NCBI GenBank assembly: GCA_036172245.1
Contig: JAYWIR010000045.1
Coordinates: 1,116,001-1,180,000, forward strand
Direction: 5' to 3'
DNA length: 64,000 bases
DNA from: Raillietiella orientalis
Lineage: Eukaryota
Under the pieces are notes generated by a model. It did no database searches. It was given only the letters and a program-made list of their open reading frames with translations, and was not told the origin of the DNA. The position numbers were made by a program, and so were the translations under genes. Position 1 is the stretch's first letter. Each line of letters starts with the position of its first letter. Below, in pieces: positions 62,401 through 64,000 of this stretch.

Positions 62401-64000
62401 ATGTAATGAAATTTAGTCCGTCACTCCCCATGTGAGATGTGATGCCTCTTCCTTCAATCGTTACATGCTTGGGTGCTTCGGGTGAATTTCTCGTAATCGC
62501 TGTAATCGGAAAAAAGGAAGTTACCCAGAACTACTCTTGCGTGTGTGTGTTTTTTCTTATGGTTCGAAAACACCTGAGGAAGTTCTGTACTTTATGCAGA
62601 ATTTCTTCTATTTGTATTCTCCAAAATATTTGATAACTATGGTTGACGTAGCAATTATCTTAATAGCAAATCCCAGATGTATCCCCAACTGGAAGGTATA
62701 CAACTTTAATACCATTAATTTTTATATTGACCATCTCAGCAATAAAGGAAATTATTGAAGATGTTGTAAGTAATCATTTAGGATGAAGGAACATGTTAAT
62801 ATGCAATTACAGAAGCGTCATTATGCTGATAAACAAGTCAATAATCGAAAAATACAAGTACTTCATGAAGGGGCTTGGCAAGTGATTAAATGGAGTCAAC
62901 TTGAAGTCGGCAACATTGTAACGGTTTCCAATAATAGTTACTTCCCAGCTGATCTCATCTTGCTGGCTTCAAGGTATGATATTGAATTTTTGAAATCTTG
63001 TTACCTTCCAAAAATTATGCTCAGTGAGCCAAGATCTATGTGTTATATTGAAACTGCAAACTTAGATGGAGAAACTAATCTGAAAATCAGACAGAGTCCT
63101 CCACAAACTTCTCAGTTTGTGAATTTTACAGAGCTCTCTACTTATGATGCAACTATCGAGTGTGAAGTCCCTAATAGACATTTATATGAATTTGTTGGCA
63201 ATTTAGTGCAATCCAGTGGACTGTAAGAATTAGCACTTTTTTGATCATTAATAACATTATTGATGTAGAACAACTCCTCTTGGACCAGATCACCTCCTCC
63301 TTCGTGGTGCAAAACTTAAAAATACAAAATGGATTTGTGGTGTTGTAGTTTATACAGGATCAGATACTAAATTGATGCAAAATTCAATGCCTACACCTTT
63401 AAAGATGTCCACAGTTGATCGGATTACAAACAAACAAATTATATTCCTTTTCCTTATGCTTATTACTATGGCTATGCTGAGTGCACTGGGTAGTGAATTA
63501 TGGCTACACGCTCATTTGCACACCAATTGGTATCTTGGGATAGATGGTAAGATGAATTTCATTCTTTTGTTTGTGTGGTGCATTTAGTTTTAGATATTTG
63601 TTCTCAATGGTGGAATTTGTATCTTCATGGCACTGTCCCTCTTATCCCTCTTCCATCTAAGTGCCATCGACCTTTGTCTATTTTTATTATAGAAGAGTTT
63701 TTCCCTTTAAAAATGACAGGTAGCAGCTGTATTTTGCTAGCACTGGTTTTTTATTATGTGCTAGTGGCTTTTTTGCTGCGGTGTATTACCTGCTTATGTT
63801 GGGATTATTCTTAATTTTTCACATTTGCTTGCTTGAAGAACTGGTTTTCATTCTAATTGTCTCTGAGAATAAATTCCTGATTTCAGATTTCAACAGTCCT
63901 ACCCTTGGCTACAGTTTGCTTACTTTTATTATTCTCTACAACAATTTGATTCCTATTTCGCTGCAAGTAACATTGGAGATGGTGCGCTTCATTCAGGCTT
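59481..64000 (+). CDS. ATP8A1: P4-ATPase phospholipid flippase, ATP8A1/2-like (partial: first exon unresolved, continues past the window end)
   Basis: Exons 59481-59683, 62667-62765, 62813-62973, 63025-63222, 63269-63546 and 63887 to end. Motifs [90 protein letters not shown] candidate upstream phase-1 exon ends ...DDAGSY|G near 56924. Confidence 0.93.

Overview
AT-rich eukaryotic (animal) genomic DNA with very short introns (mostly 40-60 nt). The protein sequences look arthropod-like, possibly chelicerate, but the taxon is an inference. Seven intron-containing genes were assembled by hand from splice sites and protein motifs: SPCS3 (-), OGT/sxc (+), Scm (+), NUS1/NgBR (-), NF-YA (+), a mitochondrial ornithine carrier SLC25A15-like (-), and the 5' part of a P4-ATPase ATP8A-like (+, runs off the window). 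Intergenic blocks at about 5-12 kb and 25-34 kb are mostly heavily decayed non-LTR retrotransposon relics. The most interesting signals are post-transcriptional and regulatory. (1) OGT intron 4, at the same position as the mammalian O-GlcNAc-responsive detained intron, is about 20x longer than its neighbours and holds a 75-nt stop-containing cassette exon, nine TGCGC motifs and two 8-mers complementary to the cassette's donor. (2) SPCS3 has a U12-type AT-AC intron. (3) A perfect 39-bp hairpin lies upstream of the OGT start. (4) Five CCAAT boxes cluster upstream of NF-YA. (5) A structured repeat family occurs twice in inverted orientation. No prokaryotic features, CRISPR arrays, rRNA or convincing tRNA were seen. 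All gene identities rest on recognition of motifs, not database searches.
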